Below are positions 31,806-42,587 of a stretch of DNA of 64,000 nucleotides, one piece after another (the first letter of the stretch is position 1; every line of letters starts with the position of its first letter). The stretch spans positions 197,973 through 261,972 of the forward strand of contig JAOPTX010000003.1 in the NCBI GenBank assembly GCA_051532055.1, in the 5' to 3' direction. The position numbers and the translations under genes are program-made. Source of the stretch: Fibrobacterales bacterium (GTDB lineage Bacteria > Fibrobacterota > Fibrobacteria > Fibrobacterales > JAOPTW01). The notes beneath the pieces were generated by a model. It was not told where the DNA came from. It did no database searches and worked only from the letters and a program-made list of their open reading frames with translations.

Positions 31806-34800
31806 TTAGGTGTTTTCATGCTGCACTTCATTTTTTAATTGTTTAATACAATTTAAAGCCTCTGAGAAGTTATAACCATTTATATGCTCTTCTAATATTT
31901 TCGAATAATCAATACTTGCAGAGTGCGGCAGATCATATTGTTTTAGTGTTTTTATAATATTTTTACATTCAATTGGCTGTTGGTTGATAAGGCACTGCTC
32001 TAAAGAAAGTATGGTGTTCATTAATTGTATGGTATTAGGTGGGGTCCCTTCCTGTTGAAAAGTAGAGAGTGGGGGAGTATTTGCAGCCTCTTTTTCAATT
32101 ATGGTATGAATTACTTCAAGCAATTGGGCAAAACTATCTCTTAAAAGTTCGAAAAGTGATTCTAAAGTATCGCTTTTTTGATCAATAGCTACTTCAAGTT
32201 TTGAAGTGACTTCTTGAAGTTCGGTTGCGCCAATATTTGCAGAAAGTCCTTTTAAAGTATGTAGGAGTATTTTTGAATCTATTATTTTGTTTTTATTATG
32301 CGTGTCTTTAATCTTTTTGGGATAATCAGAATATTCACTCTCAAACTTTTTAATGATTTTTAAAAACAATACTTTATTGCCAGACATCCTTTTTATTGCC
32401 TTGTCGGTATTGAGTATTGGTGAATAATCCTGAATTGTATTAGTATCCAGGCATTCTTGTACATCAGTTTGAGAACTGTCTTCAATGGCTGATCCAGCCC
32501 CCAGCCATTGGTTGAGGACTGTAAAAAGTACTTCTGGTTCAATAGGCTTTGATAGGTGATCATTCATGCCCGCCTCTAAACTTTGATCAATTTGTTCTTG
32601 GAATGCATGAGCGGTCATGGCTATTATAGGTAGCTCAGTTTTACTTTGTCCAGGGAGTGACCGAATAATCTGTGTAGCCTGAAGGCCATCCATAACCGGC
32701 ATTTGTATGTCCATAAAAACAAGGTCGTATTGATTGTTTTTAATCTGGTTTATAGCCTCTTTACCATTGTTGGCAATGTCAATATGAAGGTTGGCTAAGG
32801 TAAGAATTTCCATAACGACTTCTTGGTTAATTTCATTGTCTTCAACCAGAAGAATTTTTTTGTCTGACATTGTTGATTCGAGTGAAGAGGGGAGGGGGTT
32901 TTGGGAGGTGCTTTTATAGGAGGTTAGTATTGAATCTTTTAGTACACTTATAATTGTATTGAACATTATAGAGGGTTGGATAGGTTTAATTAGAATATTG
33001 TCAAAAAATGGTTTATCTGGGACGCTTATAATTGATTCTCGGTCGGCTTCTGCCGTGAGAGCGATTCGTTTTGGGCAAGGATAATTATTTTCTAGATTAT
33101 CCATTTGATGAAGTAACCCGATGCCGTCTGTATCATCGTCTGTCTTTATGTTTACTATAGCCAGTTTAAATGGCATCTTATGTAAACTTGCATTTTTTAG
33201 GAGTTCTAAGGCTTCATTTTCTGTTTTACATTCCTCAACTTTGAATTTAAACGAGCGAAGATGTCTTGTTATTGTGTTGAGTACGGCTTGACTAGAATCC
33301 ATAACAAGGACTTTTAGATTTTGAAACTCATCTGTTTTTTTGGGGATACCTGTGTTTTCTGTAACAGCTTCTTCAAATAAAATTGAAAAACTGAACGTTG
33401 ATCCCTTTCCAGGGGATGACGCAACAGTAATCGCACCGCTCATTAGTTCAACGAGTTGTTTAGTTATGGTGAGGCCAAGGCCAGTGCCTCCGTATTTGCG
33501 TGTAATTGATCCATCAGCTTGAGTAAAAGGTTTAAAAAGTTTCTTTTGTTCCAAAGTGCTGATTCCAATTCCTGTATCTTTAACAGAAAACAAAATTTCT
33601 GATACGATTCCATCCTTGTGGATCTGTTGTGCTGAAATGGTAACTTCACCCTGATCAGTGAATTTAACAGAGTTTCCGGCAAGGTTGGTCAATACCTGAG
33701 TAATTCTTAATGGATCTCCAATAAGCAATTGTGGGATTGCAGGGTCCAAATCAATGATAAGTTCTAGTTTTTTTTCTTCAGCTTTAATATTGATGATACT
33801 TGCAGCATTACAAATGACTTCTTCTAGTGAAAAGGATGTGTTTTCTATATTCATTTTACCCGATTCAATTTTAGAAAAATCCAAAATGTCATTAATGATA
33901 CCGAGTAGAGAATGTGCGGCACCATCAATCTTATTAACATAATTTACTTGTTGTGGGTCCATATTAGTATTGAGCGCGAGGTAGCTCATGCCAATTATAG
34001 CATTAATTGGAGTCCGAATTTCGTGACTCATATTTGCAATAAATTGACTTTTAGTTCTGGTAGCGCTTTCTGCTAAAACTTTCGATTTCTCCAATTCTAG
34101 TTCTATGTTTTTTTGTTCGGTAATATCCTGTAGGGTACCGATTGATCGAATTGGCTCGTCGATTTGATTATACTCTGTTCTGCAGATTTCTCGAACATGC
34201 TTGATACTCCCGTCTATCATCTGTAGTCGATGGTCTATGGAATAGGGTTTTTTATTTTTTAGAGATCGTGTATATGCATTATTGACCATATCTCTATCAT
34301 CAGGATGAATGACCGAAAGAAAATACTCGTATGACGCTTGAAAATGTTTTTTATCTAATTCAAAAATTGAAAAAATTTCATCAGACCATATTAAATTATT
34401 TTGAGGAATTTCCAAAATCCAGTGGCCCAATTTGGAGATGTTTTGAGCCTCTTTCAAAAGAGTTTCACTCGCCTGTAATTTAAGTTCTTTTTCTTTCCTT
34501 TCCGCAATGTCATGTATGAGTACTAGGATATATTCTTTCTCTTCAAATTCAAAATAGTTTAATCGCACTTCAGCTGGAATGTGCCGACCATCTTTAGTGA
34601 TATGCGATGATTCAAATTTCTGGTGGTTTTTAGTTTGGAGTGTTTCGTTTTGGAGTTGCCAGCGTCCGCTATGATACTCTTCGATAATTTCATCAATTTC
34701 TAGTTTGCAAAATTCCTCTTTGGTATAGCCAAGGCTGTCACAGGCAAAGGTATTTGCGTAATCAATTGAGCCATCGGGTGAAACCCAAAATATTGTATCC

Positions 34801-36158
34801 GAAGCGTATTCAATGGCGGCTTGAGTTACTTTAAGCTTCTCTTCAATGGAGTCCCGCTCCTTGAGGGCGCGCTCGACATTTGTTTTTTCAAGGCGTGTTT
34901 CGTCAAGAAGATCGAGTACTCTCTCTTGTTCCTGATTGAGGGCTGAAGTTCGTTCATTAACTTTCTGTTCAAGCTCCTCATTTATGTTTAATAAAGAGGT
35001 GGTCATATGATTCAAGGTGTCGGAAAGATAATCAATTTCAGAAATGCCCGATTGTATCGTTGTGAGAGTCAGTTTTTCTCCTGCACTGAGGTCATGAGCA
35101 TGTTGGGTAAGTTGCTCAAGCGGGCGGGATATTTTTCGACTTGTTGTATATGCAATCATTATGGCTGCAAATAGAGCAGCTATCGCAGCTGTTATTGGAA
35201 CAATACTTGTTTGGTATACTTTTCTATAAAGTAGACTTTTTTTAACAACTAGCCCGGTCAATAAGGTTAAGTCTGCTTTAGATGTAATGACCATGCGGCG
35301 AGTGAAAATAAAGCTACTATCAGTTTCAATCTGTACCGTGTGTTGATTCGATGATACGAGTGAATCTATGTTTTCAGGATAATCATTAATAAGATTTATG
35401 GTGTGGTTTAGGTCTCGAGGGCTGCCCCATTCTTTAGTCGTGTCCACTGCATTGTGGAGGTACCACCCATCCTTGTCTGCAATAAACCAATAACTTTCAT
35501 CTGTCGAATTTTTGAGTGTACTAGAATGAAGAAAATTTTGTGCAAGAATATTTAATATAATGGCACCAGTAAAGATGCCTTGTTCGTTATGGAGTGGAGT
35601 ACTGATACGGAGCATGGGTTTATAGGGGCGCTCAAGTGAATCATTTTCTCGGTTTAAATCGATGGGTGACACATAGTATTCATCGTGCTGAAGAGGGGTT
35701 GTATTAGTAAAGTAATATCGATCACTTTTATCCTGAAGCATGTTAGGCGGAATAATGGTTGTTGAGTCTTCTGACCAGTTTACTCTGAGTCTCTCCATAC
35801 CGGAGCTGTCTAATAATCTTACTTGATCATAAATCATTCTTGAATTGGTCATTGATGAAAATATATTTTCTACGGCATGCTTTTTGAACGTGGTATCCGT
35901 TTGTTGAATCTGCATGAATTTATTTATTGCATCAAGGTTGTTTAAAAAGGTTAGATCAGAAAATGCTATTTCAAGAAATTGACTTAGGATCTTTTGAGTT
36001 TTATCAATTTTCGTTTCACAAATTGCAATTTCACTTTTGAATACATTTGTATAAATCGAATTAACAGCAAGGCCAATTGATAATGCAATAATCGGTATTA
36101 AACTGAGCATTGCAATCATTATCAGATTCTTTCTGATTGATCCTTGAATTAACTTCAT
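31806..36158 (-). CDS. Hybrid sensor histidine kinase (TM-Cache-TM-HAMP-PAS-PAS-HisKA-HATPase-REC-REC-HPt)
   Basis: [56 protein letters not shown]. Confidence 0.93.
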   Translation of the reverse strand: MKLIQGSIRKNLIMIAMLSLIPIIALSIGLAVNSIYTNVFKSEIAICETKIDKTQKILSQFLEIAFSDLTFLNNLDAINKFMQIQQTDTTFKKHAVENIFSSMTNSRMIYDQVRLLDSSGMERLRVNWSEDSTTIIPPNMLQDKSDRYYFTNTTPLQHDEYYVSPIDLNRENDSLERPYKPMLRISTPLHNEQGIFTGAIILNILAQNFLHSSTLKNSTDESYWFIADKDGWYLHNAVDTTKEWGSPRDLNHTINLINDYPENIDSLVSSNQHTVQIETDSSFIFTRRMVITSKADLTLLTGLVVKKSLLYRKVYQTSIVPITAAIAALFAAIMIAYTTSRKISRPLEQLTQHAHDLSAGEKLTLTTIQSGISEIDYLSDTLNHMTTSLLNINEELEQKVNERTSALNQEQERVLDLLDETRLEKTNVERALKERDSIEEKLKVTQAAIEYASDTIFWVSPDGSIDYANTFACDSLGYTKEEFCKLEIDEIIEEYHSGRWQLQNETLQTKNHQKFESSHITKDGRHIPAEVRLNYFEFEEKEYILVLIHDIAERKEKELKLQASETLLKEAQNISKLGHWILEIPQNNLIWSDEIFSIFELDKKHFQASYEYFLSVIHPDDRDMVNNAYTRSLKNKKPYSIDHRLQMIDGSIKHVREICRTEYNQIDEPIRSIGTLQDITEQKNIELELEKSKVLAESATRTKSQFIANMSHEIRTPINAIIGMSYLALNTNMDPQQVNYVNKIDGAAHSLLGIINDILDFSKIESGKMNIENTSFSLEEVICNAASIINIKAEEKKLELIIDLDPAIPQLLIGDPLRITQVLTNLAGNSVKFTDQGEVTISAQQIHKDGIVSEILFSVKDTGIGISTLEQKKLFKPFTQADGSITRKYGGTGLGLTITKQLVELMSGAITVASSPGKGSTFSFSILFEEAVTENTGIPKKTDEFQNLKVLVMDSSQAVLNTITRHLRSFKFKVEECKTENEALELLKNASLHKMPFKLAIVNIKTDDDTDGIGLLHQMDNLENNYPCPKRIALTAEADRESIISVPDKPFFDNILIKPIQPSIMFNTIISVLKDSILTSYKSTSQNPLPSSLESTMSDKKILLVEDNEINQEVVMEILTLANLHIDIANNGKEAINQIKNNQYDLVFMDIQMPVMDGLQATQIIRSLPGQSKTELPIIAMTAHAFQEQIDQSLEAGMNDHLSKPIEPEVLFTVLNQWLGAGSAIEDSSQTDVQECLDTNTIQDYSPILNTDKAIKRMSGNKVLFLKIIKKFESEYSDYPKKIKDTHNKNKIIDSKILLHTLKGLSANIGATELQEVTSKLEVAIDQKSDTLESLFELLRDSFAQLLEVIHTIIEKEAANTPPLSTFQQEGTPPNTIQLMNTILSLEQCLINQQPIECKNIIKTLKQYDLPHSASIDYSKILEEHINGYNFSEALNCIKQLKNEVQHENT

Positions 36159-36735
36159 GACATACCCTGATGAGCCATTCCTACTTCTCGATTTTCTTTA
36201 TCGTTATATTGTCTTACGATTTGAAGATGAATGCAATGAATGTTTTAATAATTTGAATAAAAGGCATGCTGGTTATAGTCTTCTTAGTAAACGTTACTAG
36301 ACTGATTGTATCACCACTGAGTTGTACCCTGTGCCACTATGAGTGAATATTGGGGTCGTCGCTACCATAATACCCGTAGCCAATCCTAGCCAACCGTCAT
36401 TCTGGGTATACCTGAATTCAGGTAGTGTACAGTGTATTCATGATTGTATTATGGAGCAAATTTTAACTCTATGCATAATATCACAAAAGTTTCGTTGTAG
36501 AGTGAGGTATTATCGTATACCAAATACTCAGTATTTTGATTCGGTCAGGCAATCTCGAGGGATCGCGTGACGAAGCGCTCGCCTTAACCTAACTCATATG
36601 ACTCATTACAATAAGTATTGCACAAGACTAAATCGCCCAATGCGTCATTGTATGCAAGAACCTGAACGAGTCATATGATTTCTTAGTGAGTTTGGTGTAA
36701 CAAATTGGATTTTGCACTATCATAGATGCTTTTTG

Positions 36736-38205
36736 CTACAATCTTGGCCAGTTAACTAACTCTCGTTTTCTAATAAAGTCTGAACAGTGCTGGCAGAAGC
36801 CTTTCATCTGTTGCTGATATGGTGAGCAGGACCAATGCATAACACAGAGGTCGACGGTATCATTAATAGGATTGCGAACATCTGTATCAGGGTTAAGAAC
36901 GGTATTATGAGTACAGTGGTGTCCATTGCCACCTTGTTGAGTGTGATGGGTTTCACTGCCGGTATCAACCATATCTATCACGTGGCCCAGTTCATGGGCG
37001 AGAAGCACCCCGAGTCGATTGTCATTGCAGTTGTCCAGATCAACGAACATTTTAATAGATTTACTCGCGCTATCTCCATTGCCCTGGGTTTTACCATATT
37101 CATAACGGACAATGTGGATGTCAAATGTGAAGATATCGCCAATAGCCACAGAATCCGGATTTTCGTCAGGATATACGACGGAATTTGTTAAATCAATGCG
37201 TGTTTCAAGTTTAGAAATTTGCTCATAGGCACTGGCAACTTTCGGACCATTTTTTGCATCTGACGAACTGAATGTTTTATGATTCACGTCGATACCTTTT
37301 ATGCCACCATTTTTGTCTCTACTAAAGTTTATGTCACCCTCTAAAGACCAGTAGGTAGGGATTTCTGATTCGGGGAGGTAGAGTTTTAGAAAATGGCCAT
37401 CAACGACAGAAAACTGCTGAAGTAATTTTTCGTTATTGTATGATTCGAGAGTCTTACAGGTTGCGGACCCACCCAGATCTGTAACCAAACCAAGTTTATG
37501 AAATTCAAAGGTGTCGGCTCCTGTTTTTTTAATCTGAAACCGATAGAGTTTGTCCGCGTCATCCCAGTATTTCTGCTTAATGGTAACCGTTGTTTGTGCC
37601 TTACATTTTGCAGGCAATACCGGAGACCCTTCTTCAACATCTCGAACAGTGCCACGAACCGATTTTTTCAGTATTGTTCCGGCCTCCTGGATGTCAATCC
37701 CCAGTTTATTATAGATAGAATTGGCACCTTGTACCATCGTAGATATTTTATTTTTCATGGAAGTATTGAAATTGAGATCATTGTCATTAATTTTAAAATT
37801 GAGATAACAGCGTTGTTTTGCGGTAAAAACTTTTACTTCAACAGGGTCCTGATCGGGGTATGCTGCAGTCAGAGTGTATTTAACATTGTTAACCGGTGGA
37901 ATCACAAATCGTTTATAATGATAATCATTACTCGCGGAAGCTGATTGGTCATTTTGAAACTTTGCTTTCTCTGTTACTATTTCGCGCAGATAATCAGGGC
38001 AGCCTTCTACAGTATAACTCCAGGTTATTTCAGGTTCAGTTCCGGTTCCCTTTACTTTTTTTAGGCGAACCTGAATTTTATCTCCTCTGATTGTTTCGTT
38101 GGATTTTCGTTTATCGGTGTAGTGAACATTGCGATACCGGTCACGGTGATCGAGTTTTTTTCTGGTAATACTTCCATCTTTTTCAACGAGCTTTTTACTT
38201 GGCAT
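36736..38205 (-). CDS. Hypothetical protein with C-terminal metzincin-like zinc-metalloprotease motif
   Basis: LAHELGH, downstream HC, CVM (Met-turn), FCQHC; no signal peptide. Confidence 0.65.
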   Translation of the reverse strand: MPSKKLVEKDGSITRKKLDHRDRYRNVHYTDKRKSNETIRGDKIQVRLKKVKGTGTEPEITWSYTVEGCPDYLREIVTEKAKFQNDQSASASNDYHYKRFVIPPVNNVKYTLTAAYPDQDPVEVKVFTAKQRCYLNFKINDNDLNFNTSMKNKISTMVQGANSIYNKLGIDIQEAGTILKKSVRGTVRDVEEGSPVLPAKCKAQTTVTIKQKYWDDADKLYRFQIKKTGADTFEFHKLGLVTDLGGSATCKTLESYNNEKLLQQFSVVDGHFLKLYLPESEIPTYWSLEGDINFSRDKNGGIKGIDVNHKTFSSSDAKNGPKVASAYEQISKLETRIDLTNSVVYPDENPDSVAIGDIFTFDIHIVRYEYGKTQGNGDSASKSIKMFVDLDNCNDNRLGVLLAHELGHVIDMVDTGSETHHTQQGGNGHHCTHNTVLNPDTDVRNPINDTVDLCVMHWSCSPYQQQMKGFCQHCSDFIRKRELVNWPRL

Positions 38206-38225
38206 ACTTTCGGTTCCTTTGGTTT

Positions 38226-39797
38226 TTAAATTTCTTCGTCATCATCATCATCATCTGCAATAGCATGCCACTTTTCTTGCTGCTCACTTACAGGGGTTTT
38301 GTGTTCTATTTCACTATCATCATCGTCATCATGATCAACTTCTGCAATCCAATGGGTAGTTTCTTCAGCTTCAATCGCCTCATAGTCTGCTTCATCGTCA
38401 TCATCATTGAGTTCCTCTATTGTCCAATCTTCAAGAATAGCAGAGTCGAGCGGGATGATTTCCATGGTAGTAATCAAAGCGTCGTAGGGAGAAATTTCAG
38501 AGGTCTCCATTTGAGCTGAAGCCTTAGGGAGTTTCGGTGGATTTGGTCTGTCATGAAACTGAATCTCCACTCTGGAGTCAGAATCAGAATGGAATCCGTC
38601 AATGCTGGTATTACTTATGGGGTAGAGTGACCCGCAAGGGAACAAGCCGTTGTGCTCTTTATAAAATAGTGGTTTGAGGCTTTGAGCTGAAGCATCCGCA
38701 CCCGTGAGTGCTTTATCCCGAATTATATCCAAAAATGCCCCCCAGGTGTCAGGGCCTATAAAGCCATCAACATCAATTGACTTATTATATTTTTGATTAT
38801 ATTCATCTTGAAATTGCTGTAAGGCACTGGCTGTCTGTTCAGTAGTCTTACCGTCAACGGTACCTGGATCTGTGTTCCATCCGTAAACGAGAGAGAGGAA
38901 CTTTAAATAACGTTGATAATCAAATACGGTTCCAGATTTTTTTGCTATGGATTTCCATAGTGCAGAATCACCGGCGAGTAGTGCTTTTACAGCCTGAGCT
39001 CTGTCCAGTGACACCTCAAAGTCTGAATCGGCAGAACCGGTCGTATCGGCATGTCCGTAAATGGTTATTTCTTTATCCGGCCATTCTTTCATATAGCGAT
39101 ACGACGCACACAATGCTTTGATTATATAGTTATTTTCATCAAGACTGGGGAGGATTCCGTTCTGGTTGAATACTGCACTGTTCACTTCGACAAGTGAGAG
39201 GCATTGACTTTTTCTGGGAAGTTTAAGTGTCTCGCTTTCAATTTCGGTATTGTCTCTCGGACAGACAGCAGCCACAGTGTATGCTATTTTTTCATCAAGA
39301 GCCTTGTTCTCCTTAAAATAATATCCATGGTGAAGGTGCACTGGCACCGTTGCTCGTGCAACAGAGTTTCTGATGGCTCCAGTTACTTGCTGACTGCTCT
39401 CGATCTTTCCGTCAAATAGCGCGTTAATCTGGAAAACAACCTCCCGAGGCTTCACCTCAGTCAGAAAGGTTACGTCTACCTGTACTTCGGTTTTTTCGTC
39501 TATGATAACCGAGTCAGGAGTGAGGAACTGTATATTAGATAGTTTAACTAACGGTTCCTGGGGTTCTTCCTGTTCTTCGACCAGTTCCTGATTCTGTGTG
39601 GTGCTCTTTTTTTCTTCCTCTTCTTCTTGTGGTCTGGGTTTTGTTGCGGTAGAAGATGGAGAATTATCATAAGTAGATGAGGTTGCGGAGGTAGTGTGAG
39701 TCATTACACCGCCTCCAGAAGCCCTGCCTTTAAAATAGTCATCGCTGAAGATAGAGTGGTCAAGACTTTTGCTTGGGCTATCGCTATATTGACTCAT
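38226..39797 (-). CDS. OmpA-family protein with inserted peptidoglycan-binding domain
   Basis: IYGHADTTGS....SLDRAQAVKALL; GTVDG....T..ALQQFQ...VDGFIGPDTW; RVEI; acidic tail; no signal peptide. Confidence 0.8.
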   Translation of the reverse strand: MSQYSDSPSKSLDHSIFSDDYFKGRASGGGVMTHTTSATSSTYDNSPSSTATKPRPQEEEEEKKSTTQNQELVEEQEEPQEPLVKLSNIQFLTPDSVIIDEKTEVQVDVTFLTEVKPREVVFQINALFDGKIESSQQVTGAIRNSVARATVPVHLHHGYYFKENKALDEKIAYTVAAVCPRDNTEIESETLKLPRKSQCLSLVEVNSAVFNQNGILPSLDENNYIIKALCASYRYMKEWPDKEITIYGHADTTGSADSDFEVSLDRAQAVKALLAGDSALWKSIAKKSGTVFDYQRYLKFLSLVYGWNTDPGTVDGKTTEQTASALQQFQDEYNQKYNKSIDVDGFIGPDTWGAFLDIIRDKALTGADASAQSLKPLFYKEHNGLFPCGSLYPISNTSIDGFHSDSDSRVEIQFHDRPNPPKLPKASAQMETSEISPYDALITTMEIIPLDSAILEDWTIEELNDDDDEADYEAIEAEETTHWIAEVDHDDDDDSEIEHKTPVSEQQEKWHAIADDDDDDEEI

Positions 39798-39993
39798 ACA
39801 ATTCCTTATTTCACTTAAAACATTGGTGAAGGCTGGTTGCTTCTTACTTAAGTATAAAAACCAAATGTGAACGAATTGTGAATCAAATGTGGTTTTTTAT
39901 TCACAATTTCTGTAAGGCAATCACTTTATAAAGCCTATTTAACGTTAAAATGCGAAGAGTTTTGATCCATCAATGAACATTTGGTTTTTTTTG

Positions 39994-40014
39994 GGTACGC
40001 TTTCAGTACGCTTA
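39994..40014 (+). promoter_or_regulatory. Second copy of the GTACGCTT direct-repeat site
   Basis: GGTACGCTTTCAGTACGCTTA, 19/21 identical to 24212-24232. Confidence 0.6.
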
Positions 40015-40153
40015 ATTCAATGCATCAATTGAATCAATTGAATCGATACTGGCGAATGTCTACCTTAAAAAGTACACCAGAACAATCTGGTGTACTACTG
40101 GTTTGTAGGGGTTACTAACCAGAAAATCACACAAATAAAAATGGGACTTATTA

Positions 40154-41083
40154 ATGAAAAAAGTAATATTTTCAACTATCACAGCATTAACAGTACTTGC
40201 GGGTACTGCACAAGCAGATTTAGCTAATGGCGAATATAAAATCGGTATGTATAAAGTTGGAGGCTATTGTATGGATGTTCAAGCTGCTTCAACTGAAAAT
40301 GGTGCAAATATTCAGATGTATACCTGTAATGATACAGATGCGCAAAATTTTTCTATCACTAAAAATAATGATGGTGAGAGTTATAGCATAAGAAATGTAG
40401 GGTCTAACAAACTTTTAGATGTAGATAACTACGGATATGGTAGCAATGTACAACAATATGGTGAAGATGTTCAGGATTACCGTTCTTGGATTATTACTGA
40501 ATCAACACAGCCTGGTGGACGCTTCTATTTAAGTTTGAAAAGTAATCCTGATGTTTGTTTAAGTACGAACATTGAAAATGGTAACTACGTTGGTGCAAAT
40601 GTAGAAGTAACATCAGAGTACTGTAGTGCATATTATTTCTCAGCTCCTGTAGTAGAAGAAGTATTTAGTGGCTCATACACATTACAAAATAATAGATCGG
40701 GCAAATGTGCATCGGTTTGGAATGACGTGAATGGTGATGGTGCACTTCAGTATAACTGTGACGTTGAATACGGTCAGAAAAAAGTATGGAACCTTTCTCA
40801 CTTGGGCAATGGTGAGTATGAAATCCGTAATACTGTTGGATGGAAACTTCTTGACAAAGACCTTAACTCATCAAGTGTTCAGGTTTGGGAAGGATATCCT
40901 GCTCAAAACAATCAAAAATGGAAAATTGAAAAACTAACCAATGGTGTATATTTCATTAGATCAGTAAATAATACTGACGATTGTCTTTCAATAGCAAACG
41001 ATAGTTATGATGATAATGCATCCATTGTTGTTGGGAGTTGTAGTACAGGTATATCTAAATACTGGAACTTAGTACACCAATAA
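40154..41083 (+). CDS. Secreted protein made of two ricin-B lectin (CBM13) domains
   Basis: Signal peptide (AQA); CMDV....GANIQMYTCN; SGKCASV...QYNC; NNQKW. Confidence 0.85.
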   Translation: MKKVIFSTITALTVLAGTAQADLANGEYKIGMYKVGGYCMDVQAASTENGANIQMYTCNDTDAQNFSITKNNDGESYSIRNVGSNKLLDVDNYGYGSNVQQYGEDVQDYRSWIITESTQPGGRFYLSLKSNPDVCLSTNIENGNYVGANVEVTSEYCSAYYFSAPVVEEVFSGSYTLQNNRSGKCASVWNDVNGDGALQYNCDVEYGQKKVWNLSHLGNGEYEIRNTVGWKLLDKDLNSSSVQVWEGYPAQNNQKWKIEKLTNGVYFIRSVNNTDDCLSIANDSYDDNASIVVGSCSTGISKYWNLVHQ

Positions 41084-41112
41084 TAGACCCTTAGATTTAT
41101 TCTAATAAATTT

Positions 41113-41142
41113 GACCCGCTGGTTTTGCCAGCGGGTCTTTTT
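41113..41142 (+). terminator. Intrinsic terminator
   Basis: GACCCGCTGG-TTTTG-CCAGCGGGTC-TTTTT. Confidence 0.88.
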
Positions 41143-41270
41143 GTTTTCGTAAATCTATTTTTGAATGACACTCTTTGATTAATATTTGCTCTATGACGTA
41201 AATGTGGGTTTCAGATGGTTGGTCTCTATCTATATTTAAGGCACACACCCTATACACAATAGAGACACAC

Positions 41271-42449
41271 ATGCTTAAGCTACTCAGTCTGCCCTTTGTA
41301 ATCTTAATTTGTATGGTGCTTTTTGCAACAGCTTTTGCAGCGCCCCCATTTTATGGTTCTATTTTCATTGATCAAAATATAATTCCCTCAAACAGCCCAA
41401 CTTCTTTTGTGAGTTCGACCTATGTTGGTCAGGAGGCTCGGAGAGTGTATGACCGGAGAAACGGGTGGGTTGATTTGAATACCTTTGTTTATGCAATTGT
41501 ATGGGATGATGGATTAACCACTGAAGCACTGATTAATCCTGAGTTTAGCCACGATGAAGCCGCTGTAGAAGCTGAATTTTATGGTATAGAGGTAGGAAGG
41601 CTCCCGACTTGTTTACGGGTTGATGTCGACTTTTTATGGATCCATAAAGGGGTAAATCCTTTTGGTGGCGGTAATCGATCCCTTACTATTCACACTGGAC
41701 AGTCAGATGACTATATCAGTGACGGAATTCTCGAAGAGACCTTAATGCATGAAGCGTCGCATACTTCATTGGATGAATATCATGCTGCCTCAGCAGGGTG
41801 GTTGGCTGCACAGACTGCAGACAACGATTTTATCACTACCTATGCACAAGACAACCCGACCCGTGAAGATGTGGGGGAGACTTTTTTGCTCTGGTATGCG
41901 GCACGGTATCGGAGCGAGGTAATATCAACGAGTAATTACACATCCATAACTGAGACCGTACCGAATCGTTTGGCGTACTTTGATACGCTTGCGTGTGATC
42001 TCTACCCACTGGAGCAAAAAAGTTCATCAAGTACCCTTGAGAGTAGTGTGGTTAGTTCTTCTGATGCAGGGTCCTCTTCAGAGCTTTCATCGTCAGAGTC
42101 TTCGAGTAGTCTTTTAAATGAGACAGAATCTTCCAGTGAGTTAGACCCTCTTTCGTCGAGCATAAGCAGTAGCTCTGCAGCAGTAGTGTTCTCTTCGGAG
42201 GAGGGGTACTCAAGTAGTGATGTAAATGAGAGTTCTGGTGCAGAGGGGGGCGAAACGTCGCTTATTGTGCATTCAAATACCTTGTGTCAGCAGCAGCAAT
42301 GTGAGATATCACTTTATTCTGTTACGGGTGCTTTGCTGAAAAAGTATTCTATTCCTCAAGGAATGCGACTTGTCTCTAATGTTCAGTCAACTCTTTCAGT
42401 GTCTATCATTAAAACTGATAGTGGCGTCCAAGGAGCGATCGTTCGCTAG
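41271..42449 (+). CDS. Secreted putative zinc metallopeptidase (HExxH), Ser-rich linker, T9SS-like C-terminal domain
   Basis: ETLMHEASH, YAQDNPTREDVGE; tail 'ISLYSVTGALL'. Confidence 0.7.
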   Translation: MLKLLSLPFVILICMVLFATAFAAPPFYGSIFIDQNIIPSNSPTSFVSSTYVGQEARRVYDRRNGWVDLNTFVYAIVWDDGLTTEALINPEFSHDEAAVEAEFYGIEVGRLPTCLRVDVDFLWIHKGVNPFGGGNRSLTIHTGQSDDYISDGILEETLMHEASHTSLDEYHAASAGWLAAQTADNDFITTYAQDNPTREDVGETFLLWYAARYRSEVISTSNYTSITETVPNRLAYFDTLACDLYPLEQKSSSSTLESSVVSSSDAGSSSELSSSESSSSLLNETESSSELDPLSSSISSSSAAVVFSSEEGYSSSDVNESSGAEGGETSLIVHSNTLCQQQQCEISLYSVTGALLKKYSIPQGMRLVSNVQSTLSVSIIKTDSGVQGAIVR

Positions 42450-42587
42450 AAGTAGAGTCGAATAGCGTGCATTTGAAACCGAAACTAACATTGTTAAAGC
42501 TGCGATTGTAGAAATAATTATTTTTTTTTGAAAAAAATGTAACAAATCACTTTTTAGGCACTTTCATAATAAATTAAGCAAGCAACT

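Noticed and set aside
36343..36570. 75-aa ORF in the intergenic gap (likewise 23948-24208 and 49519-49755)
   Set aside because: No RBS or recognisable motif and atypical composition; probably spurious.
40071..40122. c-di-GMP-I riboswitch (GGGGTTAC resemblance)
   Set aside because: Lacks the GGCAAA/GNRA-tetraloop and receptor architecture; only generic hairpins are present.
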